Notes: a model not told the origin generated them from the sequence alone. DNA of 32,000 bases from Alkanindiges sp. WGS2144 (GCF_043950625.1 NZ_CP171007.1); one strand, 5' to 3'. Positions 9,626 through 19,143 are shown, numbered from the stretch's first letter. Numbers and translations are program-made.

Positions 9626-10084
9626 ATGAGTGAAGAACAACAAGCTCAACCGCAACTGGCATTAGAACGCATTTATGCAAAAGATATTTCTTTTGAAGTG
9701 CCAGGTGCCAAGGTATTTACCAAGGAATGGCAGCCTGAGCTGAATATTAATTTATCGTCCAATGCAGAACAGATCGACGCTTCTCACTATGAGGTGACTT
9801 TAAAAGTAACGGTAAGTGCAGAAAACGCACAGGAAACTGCTTTTATTGCTGAAGTGCAGCAAGCTGGCATTTTTTTAATGGAAAATATTAGTCAGGAACA
9901 ATTGCCACAGTTGCTGGGTGCTTACTGCCCAAGCATTTTGTTTCCATTTGCCCGTGAAGCCATTAATGATGTGGTCACTAAAGGCAGCTTCCCGCAACTG
10001 CTATTGGCACCGATCAATTTTGATGCGGCCTTTGCTGAAAATATGGCTCGCCTGGAGCAGGAACAAGCCACTGGTACTGCCTAA
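9626..10084 (+). CDS. secB: Protein-export chaperone SecB
   Basis: Full-length resemblance to SecB ([14 protein letters not shown].., [37 protein letters not shown]), with an acidic C-terminal tail. Confidence 0.9.
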   Translation: MSEEQQAQPQLALERIYAKDISFEVPGAKVFTKEWQPELNINLSSNAEQIDASHYEVTLKVTVSAENAQETAFIAEVQQAGIFLMENISQEQLPQLLGAYCPSILFPFAREAINDVVTKGSFPQLLLAPINFDAAFAENMARLEQEQATGTA

Positions 10085-10096
10085 CTAGCGAATCCT

Positions 10097-10128
10097 AAAA
10101 AGCCAGCCGTATTTGAGCTGGCTTTTTT
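10097..10128. terminator. Bidirectional rho-independent terminator (secB + / coaBC -)
   Basis: AAAAAGCCAGC - CGTATTTGA - GCTGGCTTTTTT. Confidence 0.8.
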
Positions 10129-10158
10129 GTGTCTGTTTTTTAAGAAGTGGGCCTTTGC

Positions 10159-11469
10159 TTAAACCATACCCTGTTGTTGCTGTCTTGCCCGTGCAATACA
10201 GTTAACCAACCGTGTGGCAATTTCTGACTTTGGTGCTTTTTCCAGGGTCTGCTGTGGCAACTGATACTGCTGGGCAAAAAATACCGTCATGGCATTATCG
10301 TTACTGCCAAAGCCAATATCACTGCGCGATACATCATTTACTGCAATCATGTCCAGTTTTTTACTCACCAGCTTGTTATTGGCATATTGCTCCATATGCT
10401 GGGTTTCAGCCGCAAAACCTACAATAAACGGTCGTTTTTTATGCTGGGCAATAGAAGCTACGATATCAGGGTTTTTAACCAACTGAATGGTGAGTTCATC
10501 ATCTCTCTTCTTGATTTTCTGCGGCGCGACTTCACGGGCACGATAATCGGCCACTGCTGCTGTGGCAATAAAAATATCACAGCCTGTTTCTACGGCTTGC
10601 TGGCAGGCGGTCAGTAATTCCTGTGCCGAGCCGATATCGATGCGTGTTATATCTCGGGGTGTTGCCAGACTGACTGGCCCGGAAATCAGGGTAACCCGTG
10701 CGCCAGCGTCCCGACAGGCTTCAGCCAGTGCAAAACCCATCTTGCCAGTGCTGTGATTACTCACATAGCGTACTGGATCAATCGCTTCCCGGGTTGGCCC
10801 TGCCGTAATCACCACATGTTGCCCTTTAAGCAGGGCCTGCTGCTGACATTGCTGCTCAGTATGCTGTTTGCCAGTCTTTTGTAGCTGAGCCGGGGTTGGT
10901 CGTTCATCTTGACCTTGCAGGCTAAAATAATGTGCCACCTGCTCAGCCAGATGCTCCGGTTCTGGCATACGCCCAGGCCCAACATCGCCACAGGCCTGCT
11001 CACCAGCTTCTGGTGAAATAACGGTGGCACCTGCATCTTGTAAACTTTTAATATTACGCTGCACCGCCTGATTAGCCCACATTTGCTGATTCATGGCGGG
11101 TGCCAGCCAAACAGGTGCCTTGGTAGCCAGCACCAGCGTGCTTAATAAATCATCAGCCATGCCCTGGCTTAACCGCGCCAGCGTATTGGCACTGGCCGGT
11201 GCAATGAGAATTAAATCTGCCCAGCGTGCCAGTTCAATATGTCCCATACCGGCTTCTGCGGCCGGATCAAGCAAAGTAGTATGTACAGGATGACCAGACA
11301 GCGCCTGAAAGGTCAGCGGCGTGATAAACGCCTGTGCGCCCTGCGTCATCACCACGCGCACATCAAAACCATAATCCTTGAGGCGGCGCACCAGCACAGC
11401 ACTTTTATAAGCTGCCACACCACCCGTTACTCCCAGTACAATTCGATGAGGAATATTTTGGTTTGCCAT
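10159..11469 (-). CDS. coaBC: Bifunctional phosphopantothenoylcysteine decarboxylase / phosphopantothenate-cysteine ligase
   Basis: N-terminal flavoprotein domain (LGVTGGVAAYK, PAMNxxMW) and C-terminal CoaB domain (ITAGPTREAIDPVRYVSNHSTGKMG, AAVADY). A Q-rich insertion sits between the two domains. Confidence 0.9.
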   Translation of the reverse strand: MANQNIPHRIVLGVTGGVAAYKSAVLVRRLKDYGFDVRVVMTQGAQAFITPLTFQALSGHPVHTTLLDPAAEAGMGHIELARWADLILIAPASANTLARLSQGMADDLLSTLVLATKAPVWLAPAMNQQMWANQAVQRNIKSLQDAGATVISPEAGEQACGDVGPGRMPEPEHLAEQVAHYFSLQGQDERPTPAQLQKTGKQHTEQQCQQQALLKGQHVVITAGPTREAIDPVRYVSNHSTGKMGFALAEACRDAGARVTLISGPVSLATPRDITRIDIGSAQELLTACQQAVETGCDIFIATAAVADYRAREVAPQKIKKRDDELTIQLVKNPDIVASIAQHKKRPFIVGFAAETQHMEQYANNKLVSKKLDMIAVNDVSRSDIGFGSNDNAMTVFFAQQYQLPQQTLEKAPKSEIATRLVNCIARARQQQQGMV

Positions 11470-11635
11470 CGTACCCTTTTACTATCTTGTATTGATAACA
11501 GGCGCACACAATAGCACTAAAGTATTTTTTACCCAACCAGAAATTAAACAGCCAGCAAAGCCTTTTTACTTTATGAGCGCATGGCTGCTATGATGAAGCC
11601 AATAATAAAATGTCTAATTTTTATCAGTGATCCGC

Positions 11636-12313
11636 ATGAGTATTAAAAGCTGGCCAGCGTCCGAGCGGCCACGGGAACGTTTATTAAATCAGGGGGCAGC
11701 TGCATTATCCGATGCAGAATTACTGGCTATTTTTTTACGTACAGGCAGCGTCAAAGCATCTGCTATTGATATGGCACGGCACATGATTAACGAGTTTGGT
11801 AGCCTGTTTAACCTGCTCAATGCTTCACAACAGCAGCTGATGGCCTGTCATGGCATGGGTGAAGCCAAAGTGGCACACTTGTTTGCCGCACTGGAGCTGG
11901 GGCGGCGCTATGTCAGCCACCAAATGCAGCAAAGTCACCAGCTCAATGACCCCGCTCTGGTGAAACATTATTGTGCCCAGCACTTAAGGCATGAGCCACG
12001 TGAGGTGTTTGCAGTAATGTTTCTGGACAGTCAGCTACGCCTGATTCATTTTGAAAAAATCTTTTATGGTTCAATTACACAATGTAGTGTGCATATTCGT
12101 GAAATTATGCGACTAGCGCTGATGCATCAGGCAGTAAACCTGATTGTGACGCATAATCATCCGGATGCTGAGGCCAATCCCTCGCCTGCTGATATTCACC
12201 TGACCCAGCAACTGGACAATGCCAGCCACCTGCTTGAAATCAAGCTGATTGATCATGTGGTGGTTGGGCAGGATCAGGTGTTCTCCTTTGCGGAACATGC
12301 CTTAATGCCTTAA
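11636..12313 (+). CDS. radC: RadC-family JAB/MPN domain protein
   Basis: N-terminal ERPRERLL..G..ALSDAELLAIFLRTG and the JAMM motif HNHPDAEANPSPAD. The track start at 11627 is GTG; I prefer ATG 11636 (MSIKSW). Confidence 0.85.
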   Translation: MSIKSWPASERPRERLLNQGAAALSDAELLAIFLRTGSVKASAIDMARHMINEFGSLFNLLNASQQQLMACHGMGEAKVAHLFAALELGRRYVSHQMQQSHQLNDPALVKHYCAQHLRHEPREVFAVMFLDSQLRLIHFEKIFYGSITQCSVHIREIMRLALMHQAVNLIVTHNHPDAEANPSPADIHLTQQLDNASHLLEIKLIDHVVVGQDQVFSFAEHALMP

Positions 12314-12350
12314 GCTGCACTCAAGTCAGTAAAGTTTTAGGCAAGATCAC

Positions 12351-13202
12351 CTAAAACTGCTCCCACACCCCACGCTGGCTGGCTTTTGGACTGGGTACAT
12401 TGCCCAGTTTTAGCCACGGCATATTTGACCCGTGAAAATCACTGGACACCGATACCGCCAGATCATGCTGTTCAATCAAATGATCAATCATGGCACGGGT
12501 TGCAGGTGGTTCATTGCTGGCGGGCAGTTCAACAGCATGGCCACCCAGGGATTTAAATAACCCCACCATGTAACGGATATGTGTGGCTGACAGGTTATAA
12601 CGGGTAGGATGCGCCAATACTGCTTGTGCACCACTGGCTTTAATATGGTCAAGTACCTGTTTTAAATCGGCCCAGGCCAGCGGCACAAATGCACTTTTTC
12701 CTTCTTTTAAAAAACGGTCAAAAGCCTGCTGCTGCCTGGCTACCACTCCTGTTTGTACCAGCCATGCGGCAATGTGTGAGCGGGTTACCCCTTCGGCACG
12801 GCCACCAGCCAAAGCCAGTACCTCAGGCCATGGGTCTTTTTTAACAATTTTTTCCAGTCGCTGACAGATTTGTTCAGCCCGGCTTGCACGAATCTGCTGC
12901 TGCGCCTGCAACAACTCCTGCAAAGGCACCAGATTTTTGGGTGCCAGTGCCACAATATGCATCCCCACAGGCGCTTGCTTATTCGGTCTTGTCCACTGGC
13001 TGGAAATTTCTACACCGTCAATTAAAGTCAGCTTGTATTGCTGCGCCGCTTGTCCGGCTTGTGGCAGGCCATCCAGGGTATCATGGTCAGTCAGCGCCAG
13101 CATGTCCACCTTGCTACACCAGGCATGCTCAACCAGTTCTGCTGGTGACAAAGTTCCATCAGAAAAATGGCTATGGGTATGTAAATCCATGCGCTGCATC
13201 AT
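12351..13202 (-). CDS. yciV: PHP-domain phosphoesterase (TrpH/YciV, RNase AM-like)
   Basis: PHP motif MDLHTHSHFSDG, LALTDHDT, LAHP, SDFHG. Confidence 0.8.
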   Translation of the reverse strand: MMQRMDLHTHSHFSDGTLSPAELVEHAWCSKVDMLALTDHDTLDGLPQAGQAAQQYKLTLIDGVEISSQWTRPNKQAPVGMHIVALAPKNLVPLQELLQAQQQIRASRAEQICQRLEKIVKKDPWPEVLALAGGRAEGVTRSHIAAWLVQTGVVARQQQAFDRFLKEGKSAFVPLAWADLKQVLDHIKASGAQAVLAHPTRYNLSATHIRYMVGLFKSLGGHAVELPASNEPPATRAMIDHLIEQHDLAVSVSSDFHGSNMPWLKLGNVPSPKASQRGVWEQF

Positions 13203-13246
13203 CTATACTTTCACCACTTTTAACTGGATCGACCTGACACTTTAGC

Positions 13247-13789
13247 ATGAAAGCCCTACTGGACTTTATTCCCCTGGTTATTTTCTTTGTACTGTTTAAA
13301 CAACAAGGCATTTGGGAGGCCACCAAAGCCCTGCTAATTGCCACAACAGTCATTCATGCCATTCATTTTGTCCTGCAAAAATGGCGACTGGAGAGAATGC
13401 AATGGATCACCCTGATTGCTACCCTTGCCTTTGGCTGCGTCACTTTATTGCTGCATGACGATATTTATATTCGTGCCAAATCAACTGTTATTAACTGGAT
13501 ATTTGCCATTGTGCTCCTAGCAAGCCCTTTTGTGGGTAAGGATAAAATTCCACTGATTCAGCGCGGTTTCCAGTCTGCTTTTGATTTAAGCCGGGCAGGC
13601 TGGATGCGGCTTAATTATATCTGGGTATTATTTTTCTTTTTGCTTGGTCTGCTGCATGGTATTTTTGCTTTTATCTGGTATGAGCAGTGGATTGAATTCA
13701 AGGTTTTTGGTGGTACAGCCATCATGCTGGTTTTTATTATTGGCAACTTTGTCGCCCTGCGCAAACATTTTAAACATCCGGAAGGTTAA
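13247..13789 (+). CDS. yciB: Intracellular septation / inner-membrane protein YciB (IspZ)
   Basis: Colinear with E. coli YciB (MKxxLDFxPLVxFF.., KxTVIxxxFA, 5 TM helices). Confidence 0.85.
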   Translation: MKALLDFIPLVIFFVLFKQQGIWEATKALLIATTVIHAIHFVLQKWRLERMQWITLIATLAFGCVTLLLHDDIYIRAKSTVINWIFAIVLLASPFVGKDKIPLIQRGFQSAFDLSRAGWMRLNYIWVLFFFLLGLLHGIFAFIWYEQWIEFKVFGGTAIMLVFIIGNFVALRKHFKHPEG

Positions 13790-13795
13790 TATTTT

Positions 13796-14092
13796 ATGCC
13801 ATTATTTACAGTTGTCTGTACCGATGCTCCGGATTCACTGGCCAAGCGCCTAGAAGTGCGCCCGCGTCATGTTGAACGTCTAAAAGCCTTATATGCCAAC
13901 GGGCAAATTATCCTGGCCGGGCCATGCCCCAAAGATCCTGAAGATAACACCCAAGGTTTTTACGGCAGCTTGCTAGTGCTGGATTTTCCTGACCGTGCCA
14001 GTCTTGATGCCTGGCTGGCTGATGAACCCTATTTATTGGAAGGCGTTTATAGCCATATTGATATCAAGCCATTTATCCAGGTTCTGCCATAA
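13796..14092 (+). CDS. yciI: YciI-family protein
   Basis: Colinear with E. coli YciI (RLxVRPxHxxRL, AGP, DPYxxxGVYxHxxxKPF). It lies 6 nt after the yciB stop. Confidence 0.85.
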   Translation: MPLFTVVCTDAPDSLAKRLEVRPRHVERLKALYANGQIILAGPCPKDPEDNTQGFYGSLLVLDFPDRASLDAWLADEPYLLEGVYSHIDIKPFIQVLP

Positions 14093-14475
14093 TGCCTTTT
14101 GCAGCGCCATTTCAGCTATATGTAGCAGGTTTGCTGCTATTAACCACTAATATCAGCCTTGCAGCGCCCCAGTCAGCCACCCCGCCGACCACGGTATCCA
14201 CCAGCACTACCTTAGTCAGTCAACAGCCAATTCAACAGCAAGTTAAAAGTAATACTGCTCGCCTGCAACAACTCGAACAGGCCAATCAGGACGCTTTAGC
14301 CCGTAATCAGGAGCTACAGCTCATGAATGACAATCTGACGGTGCAAGTTCAGGTGCTGCAAAGTGAGCGTAGCGCCCAGATGTTTTTATATGGCGCTGCC
14401 ACGCTCGCAGCAGGGGCTTTTATTGGTTTTTTATTTGCCAACTATCTTCTGGGTAAACGTAGCCGCCGCTGGTGA
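14092..14475 (+). CDS. Secreted coiled-coil protein with C-terminal membrane anchor (resembles the C-terminal half of YgiM/TIGR04211-type proteins, without the SH3 domain)
   Basis: Signal peptide (LLLLTTNISLAAPQ), a Q/T/P-rich spacer, a heptad-like Q/L/N-rich segment, then the TM helix FLYGAATLAAGAFIGFLFANYLL followed by KRSRRW. The ATG overlaps the yciI stop (TAATG). Confidence 0.5.
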   Translation: MPFAAPFQLYVAGLLLLTTNISLAAPQSATPPTTVSTSTTLVSQQPIQQQVKSNTARLQQLEQANQDALARNQELQLMNDNLTVQVQVLQSERSAQMFLYGAATLAAGAFIGFLFANYLLGKRSRRW

Positions 14476-14561
14476 TTAATTAGCCGGACGAAAACCCTTA
14501 AGTAATACAGTAAAGCGCAGCATATGAATACGCAGTACGTTGTAAACTGATTTTAAAGAAT

Positions 14562-16439
14562 ATGTCTATTCAACCAATTAGCAATGCCCAACTGGACTGG
14601 CTGGAACAGGACGGTGTGGAAATACCTGTTTCCCGGCAATTTGGCGATGTGTATTTTTCACGCGCCAATGGACTGGCAGAAACCCGGCATGTATTTTTAC
14701 AGGGTAATGATTTAACAGAACGCTTAGCCCAGCTGCGGCCTTATCAGTATTTTTGTGTAGGTGAAACCGGCTTTGGTACGGGGCTGAATATTCTGGCACT
14801 CTGGCAGTTATGGCAGCAATACCGCCCGGATAACCACAGCCGTCTGCACGTCATCAGCACCGAAAAGTTTCCGTTGTCACTGGCTGATCTAAGCCGCGCC
14901 CTAAAAGCCTGGCCTGAGCTTACTGAACTGTCAGCACAATTGATTGCCCAATACCCTCCTGCACTGGCAGGTTGTCACCGGCTGGTATTTGCCAATGAAC
15001 GCTTTTCAATTGACTTATGGCTGGGCGACGCTGCCGAATCCTTACCACAAATACAAACATACCATGCGGTTGATGCCTGGTTTTTGGATGGCTTTGCGCC
15101 AAAATGCAATCCGGATTTCTGGCAGGACAATATTTTAGCGCATATTATTCGCCTGTCCGTGCCCGGTACTACCTTTGCTTCGTTTAGCGTGGCGGGTGTG
15201 GTTAAGCAAGGCTTGCGGGCACATGGCATGACTATCTCCCGCCCGCCCGGATTTGGTAAAAAACGCGAAATGCTCAAAGCGCGTTGGCCTGAGCTAGACA
15301 AACCAAGCACTACTATACAAAAACCGCCCCAAATTGCCATTATTGGCGCAGGCATTGCCGGATTATCCGTTGCCCATGCGCTGGCCAGCCGTGGCTATGC
15401 CTGCCAGCTCATTGATAAAGTAGCGCCTCTTGCCGGTGCCTCTGGTAATCCGCGTGCGTTATTGGCACCCAAACTGGTTGCCTTGCACAAGTTCCCCCAT
15501 AGTTTAATGAATCTTGGCGTGCTGTATACACAACGTTACTGGCAGCAATATGCTGATGTGATTGACAAAACTCAAACCCTGCATCTTGCCAATAAAAAAA
15601 CTGAAGAAACCTTGCAACAGGCTCGTGCCTATCCGGACGAATTTTTAAGCATTCTGAACATTGAACACACCAGTGCGCTGCTAAACGATTCAGCAACTGT
15701 TCCCGGTATTTTATTCAAGCAAACAGCACTATTAAATCCGCAGGCACTGGCCAGCCATGTGTTAGCCAGTCCGCTGGTGGAGTTTATTCAAGCTGATGTG
15801 CAAGCGCTTAAGCCGATCACCCTAGATGATGGCAAACCACAATGGCAACTGCTTAATGCCCAGCAACAAGTAATGACCACAGCCGATCAGGTAGTGGTTT
15901 GCACGGCACTGGATAGCCCACTATTGTGTACTCCCCTGCCCACACTTAAACCGATTCGTGGCCAGCTGTCCTGGTTTAATCAGGATCATCACCCCGAACA
16001 AAACCAGCCGCTCAACCAAGCACTCAGTTATGGTGGCTATATGGCACAGATTAAAGCAAAACATATCACCCTGCTGGGTGCGTCATTTATACGGGACGAT
16101 AGTGCCACCGATATTCGCAGTAAAGACCACCACCACAACTTCAATTTGCTCAATAGTATGGCGCCCGCACTGGCTGCCGCTTTACCTGCTATGGAACATT
16201 GGCAAGGCCGCGCGTCCATTCGTGCCCAGTCCCCAGACTACTTGCCTCTAGTGGGTCAAGTGCCCGGCATGCCCAACATCTGGACACTATGTGGCCTGGG
16301 TTCCAAGGGTTTTAGCTTTGCACCCTTGTGCGCTGAAATGATTTGCGCACAAATATTTAACGAGGTGTTTCCACTGCCCGCAGCAGTGATGACGGCCATT
16401 AAACCAAAACGCTTTGTAAAAAAGAAAAAGCCAGACTAA
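14562..16439 (+). CDS. mnmC: Bifunctional tRNA mnm5s2U34 methyltransferase / FAD-dependent cmnm5s2U34 oxidoreductase
   Basis: N-terminal SAM-methyltransferase domain (ETGFGTGLN, DAWFLDGFAP) and C-terminal DAO domain with the IAIIGAGIAGLS dinucleotide fold. Confidence 0.9.
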   Translation: MSIQPISNAQLDWLEQDGVEIPVSRQFGDVYFSRANGLAETRHVFLQGNDLTERLAQLRPYQYFCVGETGFGTGLNILALWQLWQQYRPDNHSRLHVISTEKFPLSLADLSRALKAWPELTELSAQLIAQYPPALAGCHRLVFANERFSIDLWLGDAAESLPQIQTYHAVDAWFLDGFAPKCNPDFWQDNILAHIIRLSVPGTTFASFSVAGVVKQGLRAHGMTISRPPGFGKKREMLKARWPELDKPSTTIQKPPQIAIIGAGIAGLSVAHALASRGYACQLIDKVAPLAGASGNPRALLAPKLVALHKFPHSLMNLGVLYTQRYWQQYADVIDKTQTLHLANKKTEETLQQARAYPDEFLSILNIEHTSALLNDSATVPGILFKQTALLNPQALASHVLASPLVEFIQADVQALKPITLDDGKPQWQLLNAQQQVMTTADQVVVCTALDSPLLCTPLPTLKPIRGQLSWFNQDHHPEQNQPLNQALSYGGYMAQIKAKHITLLGASFIRDDSATDIRSKDHHHNFNLLNSMAPALAAALPAMEHWQGRASIRAQSPDYLPLVGQVPGMPNIWTLCGLGSKGFSFAPLCAEMICAQIFNEVFPLPAAVMTAIKPKRFVKKKKPD

Positions 16440-16457
16440 AACTGTCTTAACCAACTA

Positions 16458-16496
16458 TCCGGCCTAGGCAAGCTGCAAAAGCCTACCCAGGCCGGA
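16458..16496. terminator. Hairpin between convergent mnmC (+) and DUF4198 (-) genes; possible terminator
   Basis: TCCGGCCTAGG - 17 nt - CCCAGGCCGGA, a GC-rich 11-bp stem with 1 mismatch. There is no clear U-tract on either side. Confidence 0.4.
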
Positions 16497-16523
16497 TGTC
16501 ATCAACTACCATTTCGTTGCGCC

Positions 16524-17408
16524 TTATTCCGTCACTTCCACACTTAAGCCATAGCTATAAGTTTTGGCGGCGGGCTGCTTGGTTCGATCCGGTTTAGCCG
16601 CAGGATATGCTGTAGTAATCAGATAAATACCGGGTTGATCAAACTTTAGCTCAAACTCACCCTTATCATTGGTGGTCACGCTAGATTTTGCACCCTCGGC
16701 ATCACGTTCATAACTGCTTAGCCCTTTAAACACCTCAAACTTCAACCCAGGCACCGGCTTGCCATCCATGAACACTTGTGCTTTTAAGGCATCATTGGCA
16801 TACAGCTCGTTAGGGTGAGTGAGTAATTTCACCTCAAAACCCTGTCCGCTAATGTCAGGAATTGGACTGGGTTTTCCCTTGGTAATAAAGGTCTCTGCAA
16901 TCGGAATATTCACTGTCTCCAAAACCTTGGCCTTGGCAGGAATCTGGTCTTCAGTTACAAAACGCGGCGGCTGACCAGCAGGACGTGCTGCCACCTCTCC
17001 ACCTGTTTTACTATCAGCTTTTGCAGGTTGTGCAGCCTGCGCCCGGGCTGGACGCACCCTGATCCAGTTGCCATCTATTAGTGCGTATTTATTAATGCTG
17101 CCGGGGGTATTGGTGGTACGGAGACGATAGGTGCCATCGGCAGGAGTATTGACTTCTGCGACATTAAAACGCGTTAAGCTGGCAGCAGCCTCAACCACAC
17201 TGGTTTTACCGGCAGGATCAGTTAACTGATAACTGGTCTTGAAGTTATTACTGGGCACAAAAAACTTCTCTACCGTCATGGCACTTTGCAGGCTTAGGCT
17301 GTCTTCCTTGCTGTCAAACTGCTCGGGCAAAATATACGGACTGACAGTATGAGCCAGAACCAGAGTGGGTGCTGCCACTAGTAAGGCAGAAGCTAACCAA
17401 TAACGCAT
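16524..17408 (-). CDS. Periplasmic DUF4198-family protein (NikM/CbiM-associated-type metal-binding fold)
   Basis: Signal peptide ending VLA|HTVSPY, so the mature N-terminus is a His, as is typical of the family. C-terminal transthyretin/Ig-like segment (FMDGKPVPGLKFEVF..TTNDKGEFELKFDQPGIYLITT). It contains an A/P/Q-rich insertion. Confidence 0.6.
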   Translation of the reverse strand: MRYWLASALLVAAPTLVLAHTVSPYILPEQFDSKEDSLSLQSAMTVEKFFVPSNNFKTSYQLTDPAGKTSVVEAAASLTRFNVAEVNTPADGTYRLRTTNTPGSINKYALIDGNWIRVRPARAQAAQPAKADSKTGGEVAARPAGQPPRFVTEDQIPAKAKVLETVNIPIAETFITKGKPSPIPDISGQGFEVKLLTHPNELYANDALKAQVFMDGKPVPGLKFEVFKGLSSYERDAEGAKSSVTTNDKGEFELKFDQPGIYLITTAYPAAKPDRTKQPAAKTYSYGLSVEVTE

Positions 17409-17499
17409 CGTTCAAATACTCCGCAACAATCCTGGATGAAAATAACCAGGGTAAAAAATGACGACAATAAAAGTAAAATGATCAGCACCTAATCTACTT

Positions 17500-17518
17500 G
17501 ATAATGTATATCAATTTC
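17500..17518. promoter_or_regulatory. Fur-box-like operator in the DUF4198 <> ApbE divergent promoter region
   Basis: GATAATGTATATCAATTTC matches the 19-bp Fur consensus GATAATGATAATCATTATC at 14/19 positions by hand count. It is followed by AATATCATTTT and lies 37-55 nt upstream of ATG 17555. Confidence 0.45.
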
Positions 17519-17554
17519 AATATCATTTTGCCAGGCTCATCAGGAGACAGTGGC

Positions 17555-19141
17555 ATGTTCACCATTTTGCAATCTTTTCATCCGCAAAGTCAGGTTTTTC
17601 GTTTATCACCGCTGGTCGCTGCGCTAGCCTTATTGATTGCACCAGTTCATGGCCAGACCCTAGCCCCAGTTAACACAATATCAGCCAGTGATCGCACCAC
17701 CCTGTCTCAGTCTACGCCTAAGCCGCTTAATAACTTCAATTACCGCTTTCATCAGGATCATGTGCTCGGCACTTCGCTGGATGTGGTCATTAACACCCCG
17801 CATGCAACGGATGCAAAGCTAGCCATGCAGGCTATTGAACAAGAAATCTCCCGTCTGGACCAGCTGCTATCGGTCTGGCGTGAAGATAGTGAAATCAGCA
17901 CACTAAATCGCAATCACCAGATTCAGGCCTCACCAGAGTTATTTGAAGTCATTGCCGCCTGCGAGCACTGGCGCAGTCAAACCTGTGGCGCCTTTGATAT
18001 CCGTCTAGGGCAACTGATCAGCCTGTGGGAGCAAAGCAACCAAGTGCAGCGCCCGGATGAGGCCACTGTGGCAGCTTTACTTCAGCAATTAGACAGTATT
18101 CTGCTTGATCCGTCCACGCGCACTATCCGAACCTCCGCGCCAGTACAAATCGCGCCAGATGGCTATGCCAAGGGCTATATTATTGACCGTGCCCTCAGCG
18201 CAGCACAGCAGGCTGTCCCCGGCATACAAGGTATTTTGATTGATATTGGTGGCGACTTGCGCGTCTGGGGACAATCACCCCAACAAGGCGGCTGGCAAAT
18301 TGGCGTGCGTGACCCTTTAGTACGTGCCGATAATGCTTTGCCTAGCCAAATATTGCAGCTTAACAATCAGGCCATTGCCTTTAGTGGACAGGGTGCGCGT
18401 GAGTTGGCTGGACAATCGCATTTGCTTAACCCCAATACTGGCTTGCCGCTTAATCACGTTGAGCAATGCGTAGTAGTCGGTCAATGCGCTGCCGATGCCG
18501 ATGCACTGGCCACTGCCCTTGCTGCGCTGCCACCAGAGCAAGGCATGCAGTTGATTGAACAACTCCTTGGCTATGAAGCACAGCTAACATCCCAAAATGG
18601 GGAAATTTATCAAACCAGTGGCTGGCACAATCTGGTCAACATTGCCCAAACGCCACAAATGCTCAATACCGCCAGCAAAGCCAGTAGCAGCAGCTGGCCA
18701 GCCGGTTATCAGGCCAAACTAGACCTGGTTATTCCCAAAATACAGGCTGAAAACTACCGTGCACCGTATGTGTCTATCTGGGTCACTGACAGCCAGAAAA
18801 AACTGGTGCGTACACTGGCCGCCTGGGGCAAAGACCCCAAATGGCTGGACTCCAATTATGTGTGGTGGCGCCGTTATGGCCGGCAAATGGATAATCTGGA
18901 TGCGGTTGCCAAACCATCACGCCAGCCAGGACAATACAATGTGGTCTGGGATGGCAAGGATGAGCAAGGTAAACTGGTCAATGCTGGCAAGTACCTGGTT
19001 CACATTGAAACCTCGCGTGAGCATGGTGGACATTCCTACCAGACTTTTGAGCTGAATGTTGCGCCACAAGGCTCTAGCCAGACCCTGCCGGCTCAGGCTG
19101 AAATCGGTGCTCTGAAACTTAACTTTCAGCGTGGTATCTAG
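17555..19141 (+). CDS. apbE: Periplasmic ApbE-family FAD:protein FMN transferase fused to a C-terminal DUF2271 domain
   Basis: Start at ATG 17555 (AGGAGA 8 nt upstream), trimmed from the 17498 track start. Signal peptide LALLIAPVHG|QT. ApbE-like motifs: APDGYAKGYIIDRA, LIDIGGDLRVWG, AFSGQG..HLLNPNTGLP, ADADALATAL. After an S-rich linker comes a DUF2271-like region: YRAPYVSIWVTD..LVRTLAAWGKDPKWL..WWRRYGR..LDAVAKPSRQPGQYNVVWDGKDEQGKLVNAGKYLVHIETSREHGG. Confidence 0.7.
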   Translation: MFTILQSFHPQSQVFRLSPLVAALALLIAPVHGQTLAPVNTISASDRTTLSQSTPKPLNNFNYRFHQDHVLGTSLDVVINTPHATDAKLAMQAIEQEISRLDQLLSVWREDSEISTLNRNHQIQASPELFEVIAACEHWRSQTCGAFDIRLGQLISLWEQSNQVQRPDEATVAALLQQLDSILLDPSTRTIRTSAPVQIAPDGYAKGYIIDRALSAAQQAVPGIQGILIDIGGDLRVWGQSPQQGGWQIGVRDPLVRADNALPSQILQLNNQAIAFSGQGARELAGQSHLLNPNTGLPLNHVEQCVVVGQCAADADALATALAALPPEQGMQLIEQLLGYEAQLTSQNGEIYQTSGWHNLVNIAQTPQMLNTASKASSSSWPAGYQAKLDLVIPKIQAENYRAPYVSIWVTDSQKKLVRTLAAWGKDPKWLDSNYVWWRRYGRQMDNLDAVAKPSRQPGQYNVVWDGKDEQGKLVNAGKYLVHIETSREHGGHSYQTFELNVAPQGSSQTLPAQAEIGALKLNFQRGI

Positions 19142-19143
19142 GC

